Of a stretch of 64,000 nucleotides of DNA, positions 12,301 through 23,308 are shown piece after piece (the stretch's first letter is position 1; each line of letters starts with the position of its first letter). The stretch covers positions 26,058,871 to 26,122,870 of the forward strand of contig NC_092676.1 in NCBI RefSeq assembly GCF_964355755.1, written 5' to 3'. The stretch comes from Antedon mediterranea. Lineage: Eukaryota > Animalia > Echinodermata. The translations under genes and the position numbers were made by a program. A model generated the notes under the pieces. The model did not search any database. It saw nothing but the letters and a program-made list of their open reading frames with translations, and was not told the origin of the DNA.

Positions 12301-15300
12301 CTAGCAACATACGTCCAGGTTTCAAACGACCCTAAAAACAAAAAAATTCTATAAAAACTAGTAGTTGATTTTAAAAAGGCAGCTGGAATCTCATTTTAAA
12401 ATTTAAAATCAAGGTTAATTACCTTCTGTGATATTTCTTCATGAGGTATATCGATGACGCCGACTTCGCTACTCATGTACATAACACCAGACTTTGTGAG
12501 GTAATATCGTGATGGTCTTAGGCCGTTACGATCCAAGATGGCGCCAACATAACGGCCATCAGAGAAGGTAAACAAGGCTAAACAATAAAAGTTAAATTAT
12601 ATCATTTTTCAAAAAAACTTTTACAGCACTCAAGTTATTTTAAATTAATATACATGAATTCAATCTTTATATTGATAGAGTTTTGTATTTTAAAAACAAC
12701 CTAAAAAAAAGAAAAATGTTTTCATCTGGTTTTTATATTAACTATCTGTATATAATTTTTACGTTAAACAATTCATGAATACGTACGTGTTGTAAACAAG
12801 TTGAAACGTTGCAGACTTACGTATTCATGAATGGTTTAACGTAAAGAATACTGATAACCTAATTTCATTCTATATTTTAAATATTTGTTGATTATACAGC
12901 AGAACTTTTATAGGAGATTTTTTATTTTTGTTTACCTGGTCCATCCCAGGGTTCCATAGAGAAAGAGGCCCATCGGTAGAAATCTTTCTTGTGTTTAGGC
13001 ATCAACTGGTCCTGCTGCCAGGCCTCTGGGACCATTGTCATCACAGCCTACAAAACAATACATTTTACGATACTTTATGACAACAAGTTAGTGTATTACT
13101 AAACATTAGTGGGCATTGAACATTCAGTAGAGGTGAAATCATTTGTTTTTTATGCAAAATGCATGGCATTATTTGTTTTATCCAAGTAAGTATTCCTAAA
13201 AAAACTTTACAGCACAGTGATTCAGGAGGAAATTTTAGTTAGGTACTACCTACCTCTGGTAGTGTTCGGCAACCAGCCATGATAAGAAACTCGAGTACAT
13301 TATCAAACTGGCCTGAGTCTGACTGTCCCTCTTCAACTACAGGATACAATGACTTGAGATCCTCACCAAACAACGAACTGCTCATGACGCCCTCACGAGC
13401 CTTCATCAGGTTTACATTGCCACGTAGAGTGTTGATCTCGCCATTGTGTGCTAAATACCTGAACAAAATTGTAAGTAGTAGTTATCTTTAAAAACAAGTT
13501 TTCCAGTTCACAACATCGCAATTAGAGTTTAAATAAAATCCAGTTATCTACAAATTTGAAAGCTTACCTCTGTGGGTGAGCTCGGCTCCAACTTGGGAAA
13601 GTATTGGTAGAGAATCTGTTGTGAACGAGGGCGAAATGGGTCACAAAATCATCATTTGACAAATCTTTGTAGTAACCAAACAGCTGAGATGTGGTCAACT
13701 GACCCTGCAAGAGAATAATCAAATAATATAAATAATAAATGGTTATATTTATGTACAAATTGTGTAATTTATGTTAATTTAATGATTTTTCATTTTCGAA
13801 TGTAAAGTAAAATGTTTCTTGTGATATTCAAAATATTTAACCTTTGACCTTGTGAAATCAATTTTAAATTCTAAAATTAATAAATATGACATCATTTTAT
13901 AATCCAATATTTGCTCACTGCAATATTAATGAAATATCAATAACTTTGTTTGCGCATTTAATAATTAGAAGTTACGTCACAAGGTTGCATTGCTCTTTTA
14001 ACCTAAAGACTATTCATAAAATAAACATACTAATTTAAAATATTCAATCAAGCATATTCAATGAAAGCCCATCAGCCTTTATTAGAAAAGTTCACATTCA
14101 TTTTGATTCGCTGTAACTGTATTTTGTCTTTGTGTCTTTTATGTGTAAACTGACTTTGGGGTTGGGTCAACCGGCTCAGCTATAGTGATTAAGTTCACTT
14201 AGGTTGACCCTGGTCTCCCCAATTTCATTTTTTGTTGTTGTTATGTATATATTGAAACAGACTGAATACATAATGAAATGAAAGGCCATCTTTAAATATT
14301 TAATCAATTTAAATCAATAACACTAATAGATATAGGATTCTTCTTTAATTACTTTTTAATTACGCTGAATTTTAATTATAAAGAAAGATGAGAAATTAAT
14401 CCAATCAATCACAAGTTTTCAATTAAAGACGCAATCTCAAACGCAAGTTTCTAATTTTAGCGTTACTTAATGGATTCGTGGCCACGGCTCACTGACTGCT
14501 AGCTTAAATGCCGTGTACGAAGGTATGTTAATCTGGAACCGAACGTCATAAGAAGAAATTGACAGACGAAAGCTCAATAATGTACTTAGATTTGACGTCA
14601 TGGAGTACAAATTTTAATTCAAGGTAACGCAATGAGGATTACTGTACACACAAAATACCAATGCTGATAAGTTCAAAATAGTTGTTGTAGATAATTTAAC
14701 CTTTTGTTCAAAGAAAAGAAATTTACTTCAAATTAAAATACTCAATATAAAAACTTAAACTTGCACAGGAATAATATGATTATATTTAAGTTTAATAAAA
14801 AAAATATATATACAAAAATAAATATATAAATATAGTAAATTTTACCAAAATTATAATATGATGAACTTTTCTGGAATTATAATAAATCTTGATTTTAATA
14901 TGATAAAAATACTCTTACCTTATATACAATGGTGTCTAATGACAGTGTACAGATATAGAAAGTTGGGCCTTGCTTCGGAATATAATGTGTGGCTCTTTTA
15001 CGCAAAATAAAAATCTGTTAGAAGAAAAAATAATCACATTTTTAATGACATATCATAATGTATACCACATATCATCTGGGAACATGTCATTTAGCCACCC
15101 ATTTCAACCCTTAATAGGGTTCTATTGTGTTTTATCAAACAAATTTTTGTGCCAACACAATAACTATTTGAATTTTACTGGTTTCTTATTTGATTACATT
15201 TTGTTATTAATAAAATACTCACCTGGCGTCGAAAGACATCTTCTTTAAGGTCACATGATGTGACAAAAACTTGTCGTATAAAAGGTTTATTTTTGCGGGC

Positions 15301-18300
15301 AATGTCACCAATTAGTGATTCATCACAAGGTAATTGACGCCAACACAGAACCTATATGAATAATTTATATACCTTAAAATTATATCTTATATATGAATAC
15401 AAGTTATGAGTAGATTTTTTTAAAAGGTTGTGCATAGCATATTGACCATACTGTACCATACAACCATATTTGTGCATATTATCACTACCATATTTGGGCA
15501 CAAAGCAAAGCTTGAAACAGCATTTAATTTTTCTACCTTCAGTTTGTATTCATTAGCAAGATCTTCAAATATCTTCTGCGCAACTTGGCTTGTTCCTTCC
15601 TCCATAAACACAACGCCAGTTGCATACTGACCAATGTCGGGTAAATTTAAACCATGAGTTGATCTAAAAGATAATATTAGTAAGAGGCTTAACGATAAAT
15701 ACACACTCAGCCTGTTGTATGTAATGACTCATGGCAGCCAAATAAAAGTGCATTATATTAATAAAATAATATTAAAGCTAAACTGGGACACAATTCCCTG
15801 AAAAAAAAAATGTATACGTCCCATCGAAAGGATGGTACTGATGATAGTACAACATTTAAAAAAACATGATAGCACTAGAGTAGCATGCTAGATCACATGA
15901 CAGATGGTATAAACCAGTCAAAACTGGTAAGGTTGTAGACACAGCTCACAACAACTGTTAGAATTACTGCAATAAGGGCATGTGGCGCTGTGTGTTGGAT
16001 GTTGGATTACTGATCGTGCGATCGTTTTTCGAATCCAAGTCTCGCCGCATTGCTTGTATCCTAAAGCACTGTCTACACTATCAAACTTTATGTGACAAAA
16101 AAAATGTGATGACATATCACTACCATAAATGGGTACCCGGTTAGATCAAGACACAACTTTGCGCTGATTACTATCTGCATTATGGGAGTATGTTTCCATA
16201 TGTGTTTGATCCAAACAAATTAATGTAAAGCGCCTTTGAGCATGATTATTCATGAAAAGGGCGCTATAGAAATGTGGTAATTATTATTATTATAGTCAAT
16301 ACTAAGCATACTTTAGGTCTTTTTTGTAAAGTTCATGGGGAATTGCGGCTTGGATTCCTGCTCCATCTCCAACGTTTTCATCGGCTCCACATCCTCCTCT
16401 GTGGTTCATCCTCGTCAACATCACCTCTGCATCACGCAATACCTGCAAAACAAAAGATGAAACTTTGTTTGAAATCAAAACCTGAAAGCTGTTATTATTA
16501 GAAGTAAACACTTAATTTTGTTTCCAAAATATATAATCTTGATCAAACAAGAATTCAATTAAATTATATTACAATTTTATTCTACTGCAATTACCTTTTT
16601 TTTAAACTGAAGATATGATTTGAATTTATTTAAAAGTAGTAGTTTATGATGCATTCACTGCAATGTGTTTATAATAAAGAATAAACCACATTTTGTTTAC
16701 TGCAGATCTAGAATTGTATGGAGTGAGTACAGAACCTGTTTGGGCTTATAGCCTATATTATTCTCACTCCTGATTATTTTTCATTGGTGACTGAATTTTA
16801 TTATTAATTTCTGTAATATTACAATAAAAATGAATCAATCAGAATGAATGAATTAATTCCTGTTATATTTGATACTTTCAAATAGGTTCACATTCTTGAT
16901 AATCTGTCATCTCCGAACAAACAATCAAAGAATAAATATTTAAGCGGAAGGAATCTTTCAAAATTTAAGCAAACAAAAAGACAAAACTGGATTATTGACA
17001 TCTTTAGTGAATCCTATCTTGACAAGATAAAGTAACTATCTTAATCAAATACAGTAACTAAAAAGACAGCAGTTGCGTAATACAGTACTCAAACCATGCA
17101 CTGTAAATAATAAAATGTATGCGTCTATTTTGGGCATGAGGATAACATGATATTCCTCACGTAATTATTAAAACAACTATTTAAAACAGTTTTGTTTGTT
17201 TGGTTTTTATCACAAGTAGAAAGCATGAACAATGAATGACAGCAAAAGCAGCCAATATGACTAAAAGCAGCCAATAGGACTAAAATAAAAGCAGCCAATA
17301 GGACTAAAAGCAGCCAATAGGACTAAAATAAAAGCAGCCAATAGGACTAAAAGCAGCCAATAGGACTAAAAGCAGCCAATAGGACTAAAATTAACAGCCA
17401 ATAGACTAAAATAAAAGCAGCCAATTGGACTAAAAGCAGCCAATAGGACTAAAATTAACAGCCAATAGACTAAAATAAAAGCAGCCAATAGGACTAAAAG
17501 CAGCCAATAGGACTAAAATTAACAGCCAATAGACTAAAATAAAAGCAGCCAATTGGACTAAAAGCAGCCAGTAGGACTAAAAGCAGCCAATTAGACTAAA
17601 AGCAGCCAATAGGACTAAAAGCAGCCAATTGGACTAAAAGCAGCCAATTGGACTAAAAGCAGCCAATAGGACTAAAAGCAGCCAATAGGACTAAAAGCAG
17701 CCAATTGGACTAAAAGCAGCCAATAGGACTAAAAGCAGCCAATAAGACTAAAATTAACAGCCAATAGACTAACTAAAAGCAGCCAATTGGACTAAAAGCA
17801 GCCATAGGACTAAAAGCAGCCAATAGGACTAAAAGCAGCCAATAGGACTAAAAGCAGCCAATAGGACTAAAAGCAGCCAATTTGACTAAAGCAGCCAATT
17901 AGACTAAAAAAAGCAGCCAATAGGACTAAACGCAGACAATGACTAAAAGCAGCCAATAGGACTAAAAGCAGCCAGTAGGACTAAAAGCAGCCAATAGGAC
18001 TAATAGCAGCCAATTGGACTAATAGCAGCCAATAGGACTAAAAGCAGCCAATAGGACTAAAAGCAGCCAATAGGACTAAAAGCAGCCAGTAGGACTAAAA
18101 GCAGCCAATAGGACTAAAAGCAGCCAATTGGACTAAAAGCAGCCAATAGGACTAAAAGCAGCCAATAGGACTAAAAGCAGCCAATAGGACTAAAAGCAGC
18201 CAATAGGACTAAAAGCAGCCAATAGGAATAAAAGCAGCCAGTAGGACTAAAAGCAGCCAATAGGACTAAAAGCAGCTAATAGGAATAAAAGCAGCCAGTA

Positions 18301-21300
18301 GGACTAAAAGCAGCCAATAGGACTAAAAGCAGTCAGTAGGACTAAAAGCAGCCAATAGGACTAAAAGCAGCCAATAGGACTAAAAGCAACTAATAGGACT
18401 AAAAGCAGCCAGTAGGACTAAAAGCAGCCAATAGGACTAAAAGCAGCCAGTAGGACTAAAAGCAACCAATAGGACTAAAAGCAGCCAATAGGACTAAAAG
18501 CAGCTAATAGGACTAAAAGCAGCCAGTAGGACTAAAAGCAACCAATAGGACTAAAAGCAGCCAATAGGACTACAAGCAGCTAATAGGACTAAAAGCAGCC
18601 AATAGGACTAAAAGCAGCCAGTAGGACTAAAAGCAGCCAATAGGACTAAAAGCAGCCAGTAGGACTAAAAGCAACCAATAGGACTAAAAGCAGCCAATAG
18701 GACTACAAGCAGCTAATAGGACTAAAAGCAGCCAATAGGACTAAAAGCAGCTAATAGGACTAAAAGCAGCCAGTAGGACTAAAAGCAACCAATAGGACTA
18801 AAAGCAGCCAATTGGACTAAAAGCAGCCAATTGGACTAAAAGCAGCCAATAGGACTAAAAGCAGCCAATAGGACTAAAAGCAGCCAATAGGACTAAAAGC
18901 AGCCAATAGGACTAAAAGCAGCCAATAGGACTAAACGCAGACAATGACTAAAAGCAGCTAATAGGACTAAAAGCAGCCAATAGGAATAAAAGCAGCCAGT
19001 AGGACTAAAAGCAGCCAATTGGACTAAAAGCAGCCAATAGGAATAAAAGCAGCCAGTAGGACTAAAAACAGCCAATAGGACTAAAAGCAGCCAGTAGGAC
19101 TAAAAGCAGCCAATAGGACTAAAAGCAGACAATGACTAAAAGCAGCCAATAGGACTAAAAGCAGCCAGTAGGACTAAAAGCAGCCAATTGGACTACAAGC
19201 AGCTAATAGGACTAAAAGCAGCCAATTGGACTAAAAGCAGCCAATAGGACTAAAAGCAGCTAATAGGACTAAAAGCAGCCAATTGGACTAAAAGCAGCCA
19301 ATAGGACTAAAAGCAGCCAATTGGACTAAAAGCAGCCAATTGGACTACAAGCAGCTAATAGGACTAAAAGCAGCCAATTGGACTAAAAGCAGCCAATAGG
19401 ACTACAAGCAGCTAATAGGACTAAAAGCAGCCAATTGGACTAAAAGCAGCCAATAGGACTAAAAGCAGCCAATTGGACTAAAAGCAGCCAATAGGACTAA
19501 AAGCAGCCAATAGGACTAAAAGCAGCCAATAGGACTAAAAGCAGCCAATAGGACTAAAAGCAGCCAATAGGACTAAACGCAGACAATGACTAAAAGCAGC
19601 CAATAGGACTAAAAGCAGCCAATAGGACTAAAAGCAGCTAATAGGACTAAAAGCAGCCAATACGAATAAAAGCAGCCAGTAGGACTAAAAGCAGCCAATT
19701 GGACTAAAAGCAGCCAATAGGAATAAAAGCAGCCAGTAGGACTAAAAACAGCCAATAGGACTAAAAGCAGCCAGTAGGACTAAAAGCAGCCAATAGGACT
19801 AAAAGCAGACAATGACTAAAAGCAGCCAATAGGACTAAAAGCAGCCAGTAGGACTAAAAGCAGCCAATTGGACTAAAAGCAGCCAATAGGACTAAAAGCA
19901 GCCAGTAGGACTAAAAGCAGACAATGACTAAAAGCAGCCAATAGGACTAAAAGCAGCCAGTAGGACTAAAAGCAGCCAGTAGGACTAAAAGCAGACAATG
20001 ACTAAAAGCAGCCAATAGGACTAAAAGCAGCCAGTAGGACTAAAAGCAGCCAATTGGACTAAAAGCAGCCAATAGGACTAAAAGCAGCCAGTAGGACTAA
20101 AAGCAGCCAATTGGACTAAAAGCAGCCAATAGGACTAAAAGCAGCCAGTAGGACTAAAAACAGCCAATAGGACTAAAAGCAGCCAAGTGGACTAAAAACA
20201 GCCAATAGGACTAAAAGCAGCCAATAGGAATAAAAGCAGCCAGTAGGACTAAAAGCAGCCAATAGGACTAAAAGCAGCCAATAGGAATAAAAGCAGCCAG
20301 TAGGACTAAAAGCAGCCAATTGGACTAAAAGCAGCCAATAGGACTAAAAGCAGCCAGTAGGACTAAAAACAGCCAATAGGACTAAAAGCAGCCAATTGGA
20401 CTAAAAGCAGCCAATAGGACTAAAAGTAGCCAGTAGGACTAAAAACAGCCAATAGGAAAAAGCAGCAAATAGGACTAAAAGCAGCCAATAGGACTAAAAG
20501 CAGCCAATAGGACTAAAAGCAGCCAGTAGGACTAAAAGCAGCCAATAGGACTAAACGCAGACAATGACTAAAAGCAGCCAATAGGACTAAAAGCAGCCAA
20601 TAGGACTAAAAGCAGCCAATAGGACTAAAAGCAGCCAATAGGACTAAAAGCAGCCAATAGGACTAAAAGCAGCCAATAGGACTAAAAGCAGCCAATTGGA
20701 CTAAAAGCAGCCAGTAGGACTAAAAGCAGCCAATAGGACTAAAAGCAGCCAATTGGACTAAAGCAGCCAATTGGACTAAAAAAAGCAGCCAATAGGACTA
20801 AAAGCAGCCAGTAGGACTAAAAGCAGCCAGTAGGACTAAAAGCAGCCAATAGGACTAAAAGCAGCCAATTGGACTAAAAGCAGCCAATAGGACTAAACGC
20901 AGACAATGACTAAAAGCAGCCAATAGGACTAAAAGCAGCCAATAGGACTAAAAGCAGCCAATAGGACTAAAAGCAGACAATGACTAAAACTAAAAGCAGC
21001 CAATAGGACTAAAAGCAGCCAATAGGACTAAAAGCAGCCAATAGGACTAAAAGCAGCCAATAGGACTAATAAAAACAGCCAATAGTAAACAAGAGGTTTA
21101 CTGTAGTATCATGAATATAATGCCTGCTATTGCTAATATTAAACTTTTGACATCTGTTCAAACATACACATATGCCCAAATAGTGATTTGACATCATTAT
21201 GTCCGGGCATATATTTTGTCACATAAAGTTTGATAGTGTAGACAGACTTTTAGGGAATTCAGTATTGATTTGGAAACCTTGACTTTCTAGCACAATTAAG

Positions 21301-22054
21301 GTTAGTTTAATTGATGTTTAGGAAATCTGATATGCATTCTATTAACAGTTTTAAAAAACAATGCACCTTGATGGTTTGACAGTTGAAGAAAAGATGTTAA
21401 CCTCCTAAATACTCCCTCACCCTCCCACCCTTCCCACAAACCAATATACCAGTATAACAACCAGTTTATTGGCATTTTCTACCCACATCCATCAGAAATA
21501 TTAATTAGAGGTGCTCTATAATTAAAGCTGATATTCTTTTTATACTAGGAATACTCTTTAATCATAGACTTAGACATAGGAAATATGAAAATAGTACAAG
21601 TAGGGCATGTTTGTTACTAAGGAAGTCCAATAATTCTATTATCCACTGATATACTTACTGGCATTCCAGATGTTAAGACATACGAACAGCTGCAGCCATA
21701 TGTTAATATCAAATTTATTTATTTATTATTCACTTTTCTTAAATGTAGAGTACTAATAACCAACTCCTTAATAATAATAATGATATAATAAATAATTGAT
21801 TGATAAAATTGCTGTAACTTATTTTAATTTTATTATATCTGATGGTGTTTAGTCTGCACTAAGAAAAATAAAACAATAAAACTGTATGGTACCTTGTGCG
21901 ATTTCTCGCCACTAATATTGACAACAAATCCGACACCACATGCATCTTTTTCGTACTCTGGTCTGTAGAGGCCTTGGGCTTGAGGAAGGCCATTCGCCAT
22001 TAGTTTTGGACTTGATACGTCACTGGTCTCACTGTTACCAGGATCACAATCCAT
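350..22054 (-). CDS. GLT1: Glutamate synthase [NADH], fused eukaryotic alpha+beta type, 37 coding exons, about 2097 aa
   Basis: Hallmark motifs in order: EKDACGVGF (Ntn-amidotransferase catalytic Cys), [81 protein letters not shown] (3Fe-4S), [49 protein letters not shown]. Exons (plus-strand coordinates): 21893-22054, 16312-16442, 15537-15663, 15223-15351, 14919-15014, 13568-13704, 13254-13458, 12936-13047, 12423-12577, 12209-12331, 11705-11862, 11160-11310, 10801-10935, 10307-10467, 9843-10149, 9424-9534, 8976-9173, 8449-8621, 8158-8359, 7848-8048, 7487-7667, 7084-7217, 6712-6996, 6015-6139, 5305-5443, 5007-5192, 4795-4910, 4118-4295, 3428-3672, 3184-3306, 2719-2896, 2319-2594, 2032-2191, 1737-1900, 1041-1208, 654-924, 350-540. 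The lengths sum to 6294 nt, divisible by 3. ATG at 22054, TAA at 350-352. Confidence 0.96.
1505..1578 (-). mobile_element. Degenerate tRNA-derived SINE head
   Basis: The minus strand has an A-box-like TAGTCGAGTGG and a B-box GGTTCGAATCC, but no intact cloverleaf. Confidence 0.45.
2988..3145. mobile_element. MITE family A (PIF/Harbinger-Tourist-like, about 160 bp)
   Basis: TIRs AGCTCT(A/G)TCTACACTATCAAAC...GTTTGATAGTGTAGACAGAGCT, with internal CATATCACTACCATATTTGGG subrepeats. Confidence 0.85.
4330..4785 (+). mobile_element. tRNA-headed SINE with a Deu/Nin-like central core and an A-rich tail; carries an inverted fragment of another SINE tail at about 4445-4486
   Basis: Head GAGTGGTTAAG...GGTTCGAGCC. 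Core GGATAAGGACTGTAAACC...TTAAAGAACC..ACATCTTTCGAGACGAGTAGGGGTTACTCCGGTGT, shared with 7255-7410, 6172-6335 and 38670-38827. Ends in AATAAA/poly-A. May be more than one insertion. Confidence 0.6.
5793..5917. mobile_element. MITE family A copy (internally deleted)
   Basis: Same TIRs and subrepeats as 2988-3145. Confidence 0.8.
6172..6335 (-). mobile_element. Deu/Nin-core SINE, 5' truncated, tail type 3
   Basis: Reverse complement of the tail at 38720-38800 plus part of the core (GTGCACTTTAAAGAACC..TTCGAGACGAG). Confidence 0.65.
6447..6612 (+). mobile_element. Penelope-like terminal repeat between (TA)n tracts, with a mutated hammerhead core
   Basis: Near-identical to 59798-59962. Reads CTGATGA-A-GGGC-TAGTGTT-GCCC-AAAA-GCTC, so the core GAAA has become AAAA. 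Confidence 0.7.
7253..7410 (+). mobile_element. Deu/Nin-core SINE, 5' truncated, tail type 2, poly-A end
   Basis: The core matches 4615-4685, followed by a different 3' tail and an A-rich end. Confidence 0.65.
8758..8902. mobile_element. MITE family A copy with inverted-repeat flanks
   Basis: Family TIRs are present. Flanks 8742-8757 and 8903-8918 are perfect reverse complements. Confidence 0.85.
9609..9770. mobile_element. MITE family A copy, full length, TAA target-site duplication
   Basis: TAA-AGCTCTGTCTACACTATCAAACT...AGTTTGATAGTGTAGACAGAGCT-TAA. Confidence 0.9.
10560..10745. mobile_element. MITE family A copy (degenerate)
   Basis: Left TIR and internal subrepeats present; right end decayed. 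Confidence 0.7.
10983..11121. mobile_element. MITE family A copy, TTA target-site duplication
   Basis: TTA-AGCTTTGTCTACACTATCAAAC...GTTTGATAGTGTAGACAGAGCT-TTA. Confidence 0.85.
11540..11615 (-). mobile_element. Degenerate tRNA-derived SINE head
   Basis: Minus strand GTGGCTTGGTTG...GGGTTCAAGTCC (A and B boxes). Confidence 0.4.
11903..12140 (+). mobile_element. RTE-clade LINE 3' fragment
   Basis: Translates as [42 protein letters not shown], which resembles the C-terminus of RTE-type ORFs (LxWxGH...G.R.RGRP...W.DNIKE). Confidence 0.65.
12758..12845. repeat. Inverted repeat (about 28-bp arms), probably a MITE remnant
   Basis: TTTACGTTAAACAATTCATGAATACGTA ... TACGTATTCATGAATGGTTTAACGTAAA. Confidence 0.7.
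15440..15512. mobile_element. MITE family A internal fragment
   Basis: ATCACTACCATATTTGGGCACA subrepeats. Confidence 0.55.
16064..16132. mobile_element. MITE family A left half
   Basis: AGCACTGTCTACACTATCAAACTTTATGTGACAAAAAAATGTGATG. Confidence 0.7.
16224..16293 (+). mobile_element. L2-type LINE/SINE 3' tail
   Basis: TGTAAAGCGCCTTTGAG...AAAAGGGCGCTATAGAAAT followed by (ATT)n, the typical L2 terminal stem-loop and short-repeat tail. Confidence 0.55.
17241..21085. repeat. Minisatellite, 19-bp unit AAAAGCAGCCAATAGGACT, about 200 copies, in the first coding intron of GLT1
   Basis: Continuous tandem array with recurrent variants (CCAGTAGG, CCAATTGG, CTAATAGG, GCAGACAATGACT). Confidence 0.98.
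21150..21250. mobile_element. MITE family A degenerate right part
   Basis: GTCACATAAAGTTTGATAGTGTAGACAGAC. Confidence 0.65.
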
Positions 22055-22762
22055 ATTTTCTGTAAAGTGTAAGAAACAATTATTCATTCATATACGCCTA
22101 GGCCTAGATTAGTTTATATTAACTGACCTAGACTCTTGGGCCTTTTTGAATGATGTCAATGAATGGATGATGAATGGGCCCTCCTTGCTTGACCCTTTTT
22201 GACAAAAGAAGGTAGCTCACTGACTCACCTCACAGACTATTATATAGCTACAGATATAGGAGGGGCATATTAGGCTAGATTTCGAATTAATGTCCTAACT
22301 TAAACTAGGCTATGCCAGCCTATACCACTACTTCCTAATCTATATAGACTAGATGCTATTTTCGAGGATGTTTTGTGCCTTGATTGAAGAAAGCTGCATA
22401 CCATGCCTGGTCAGCATGGAGATCAAAGAGCAAATGAACAAAAAGTTACGGCGATTCCATTTACAAACGGGGAAAATAAAATTCATTCAACAAAATATTT
22501 CTTCAATTAATTACCTAATAGTTAATCAAATATTCAGTAAATCGTATAGCTGATATATATAAAAATAAAATAAAAATACAAAAGAACATTTTTCATCAAT
22601 AAGGTAAAACGAAAAAACATTAAACATATTACTTTTACCCCGTCAAATACATAGTTGATTCTACCTCTCTAGGACTGGGTAGGCCAAACAAAACAATAAG
22701 TAAACAAATTACAAAAATCGTATAAATAAAATGTGGATTGTTTAAAAATTACATTTTCTTAC

Positions 22763-22860
22763 CGTAGTTTGCTATTAAGCTTTACTGAAACCTCAAATAA
22801 TATCAGCTACTAGAGAGAGAGCTGCATCACCACACACACACCATACGCTAAAGATCAAAG
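22763..22860 (-). other. Probable non-coding first exon (5' UTR) of the glutamate synthase gene
   Basis: The ATG-containing exon has an AG acceptor at 22060-22061, so an upstream exon must exist. A good donor (CG|GTAAGA on minus) lies at 22762/22763, next to the promoter-like region. The 5' limit is a guess. Confidence 0.5.
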
Positions 22861-23110
22861 ATAAATACTAAAACACGTGCATTTCCCTCATAATAATAAC
22901 ATTAGAATTTTCACGTCGCGATCACGCTGAACACATGCCTTTTGAAGGGATGTGCAATCAACCAATAACAGCATAGAAAGCCTTATTAGGAAGTTGGATT
23001 ACCTTTAGAGACGCCAGATGAGGAAAATTGAGCCAATCAATGAGTGGAATTGATCGTGGTAGCAGCATGTTTTTGCTTGGCGCTTAATGAATGAGTACGT
23101 GTGTAAAATC
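22860..23110. promoter_or_regulatory. Putative bidirectional promoter between GLT1 (-) and the uncharacterised gene (+)
   Basis: The two genes are head-to-head. This stretch is locally CpG-enriched, with an E-box CACGTG (about 22874) and CCAAT boxes (ACCAAT about 22961, AGCCAATCA about 23031). Confidence 0.5.
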
Positions 23111-23308
23111 ATAAGCAATAACATAGCAAGCAGATAGGCCTAGATGCACTTTGTTTTGTTGGCAAAGCTAAAAATATTAGCTAGATACCAATCGTAAACA
23201 AACGAAATTACGTGAGTTTTGTAAAAGAACTGAGTTTACATTAATTTAATAATTCAAATATAACTCGACTGCTCCTTATTTTTTTAACCACCAATTCAAG
23301 AAGTGAGA

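Noticed and set aside
17241-21085. CRISPR array
   Set aside because: The units are contiguous with no unique spacers, there are no cas genes, and the context is a eukaryotic intron.
350-22054. Bacterial gltB/gltD operon or recent horizontal transfer
   Set aside because: It is a single fused ORF split by 36 spliceosomal introns, the normal eukaryotic NADH-GOGAT architecture.
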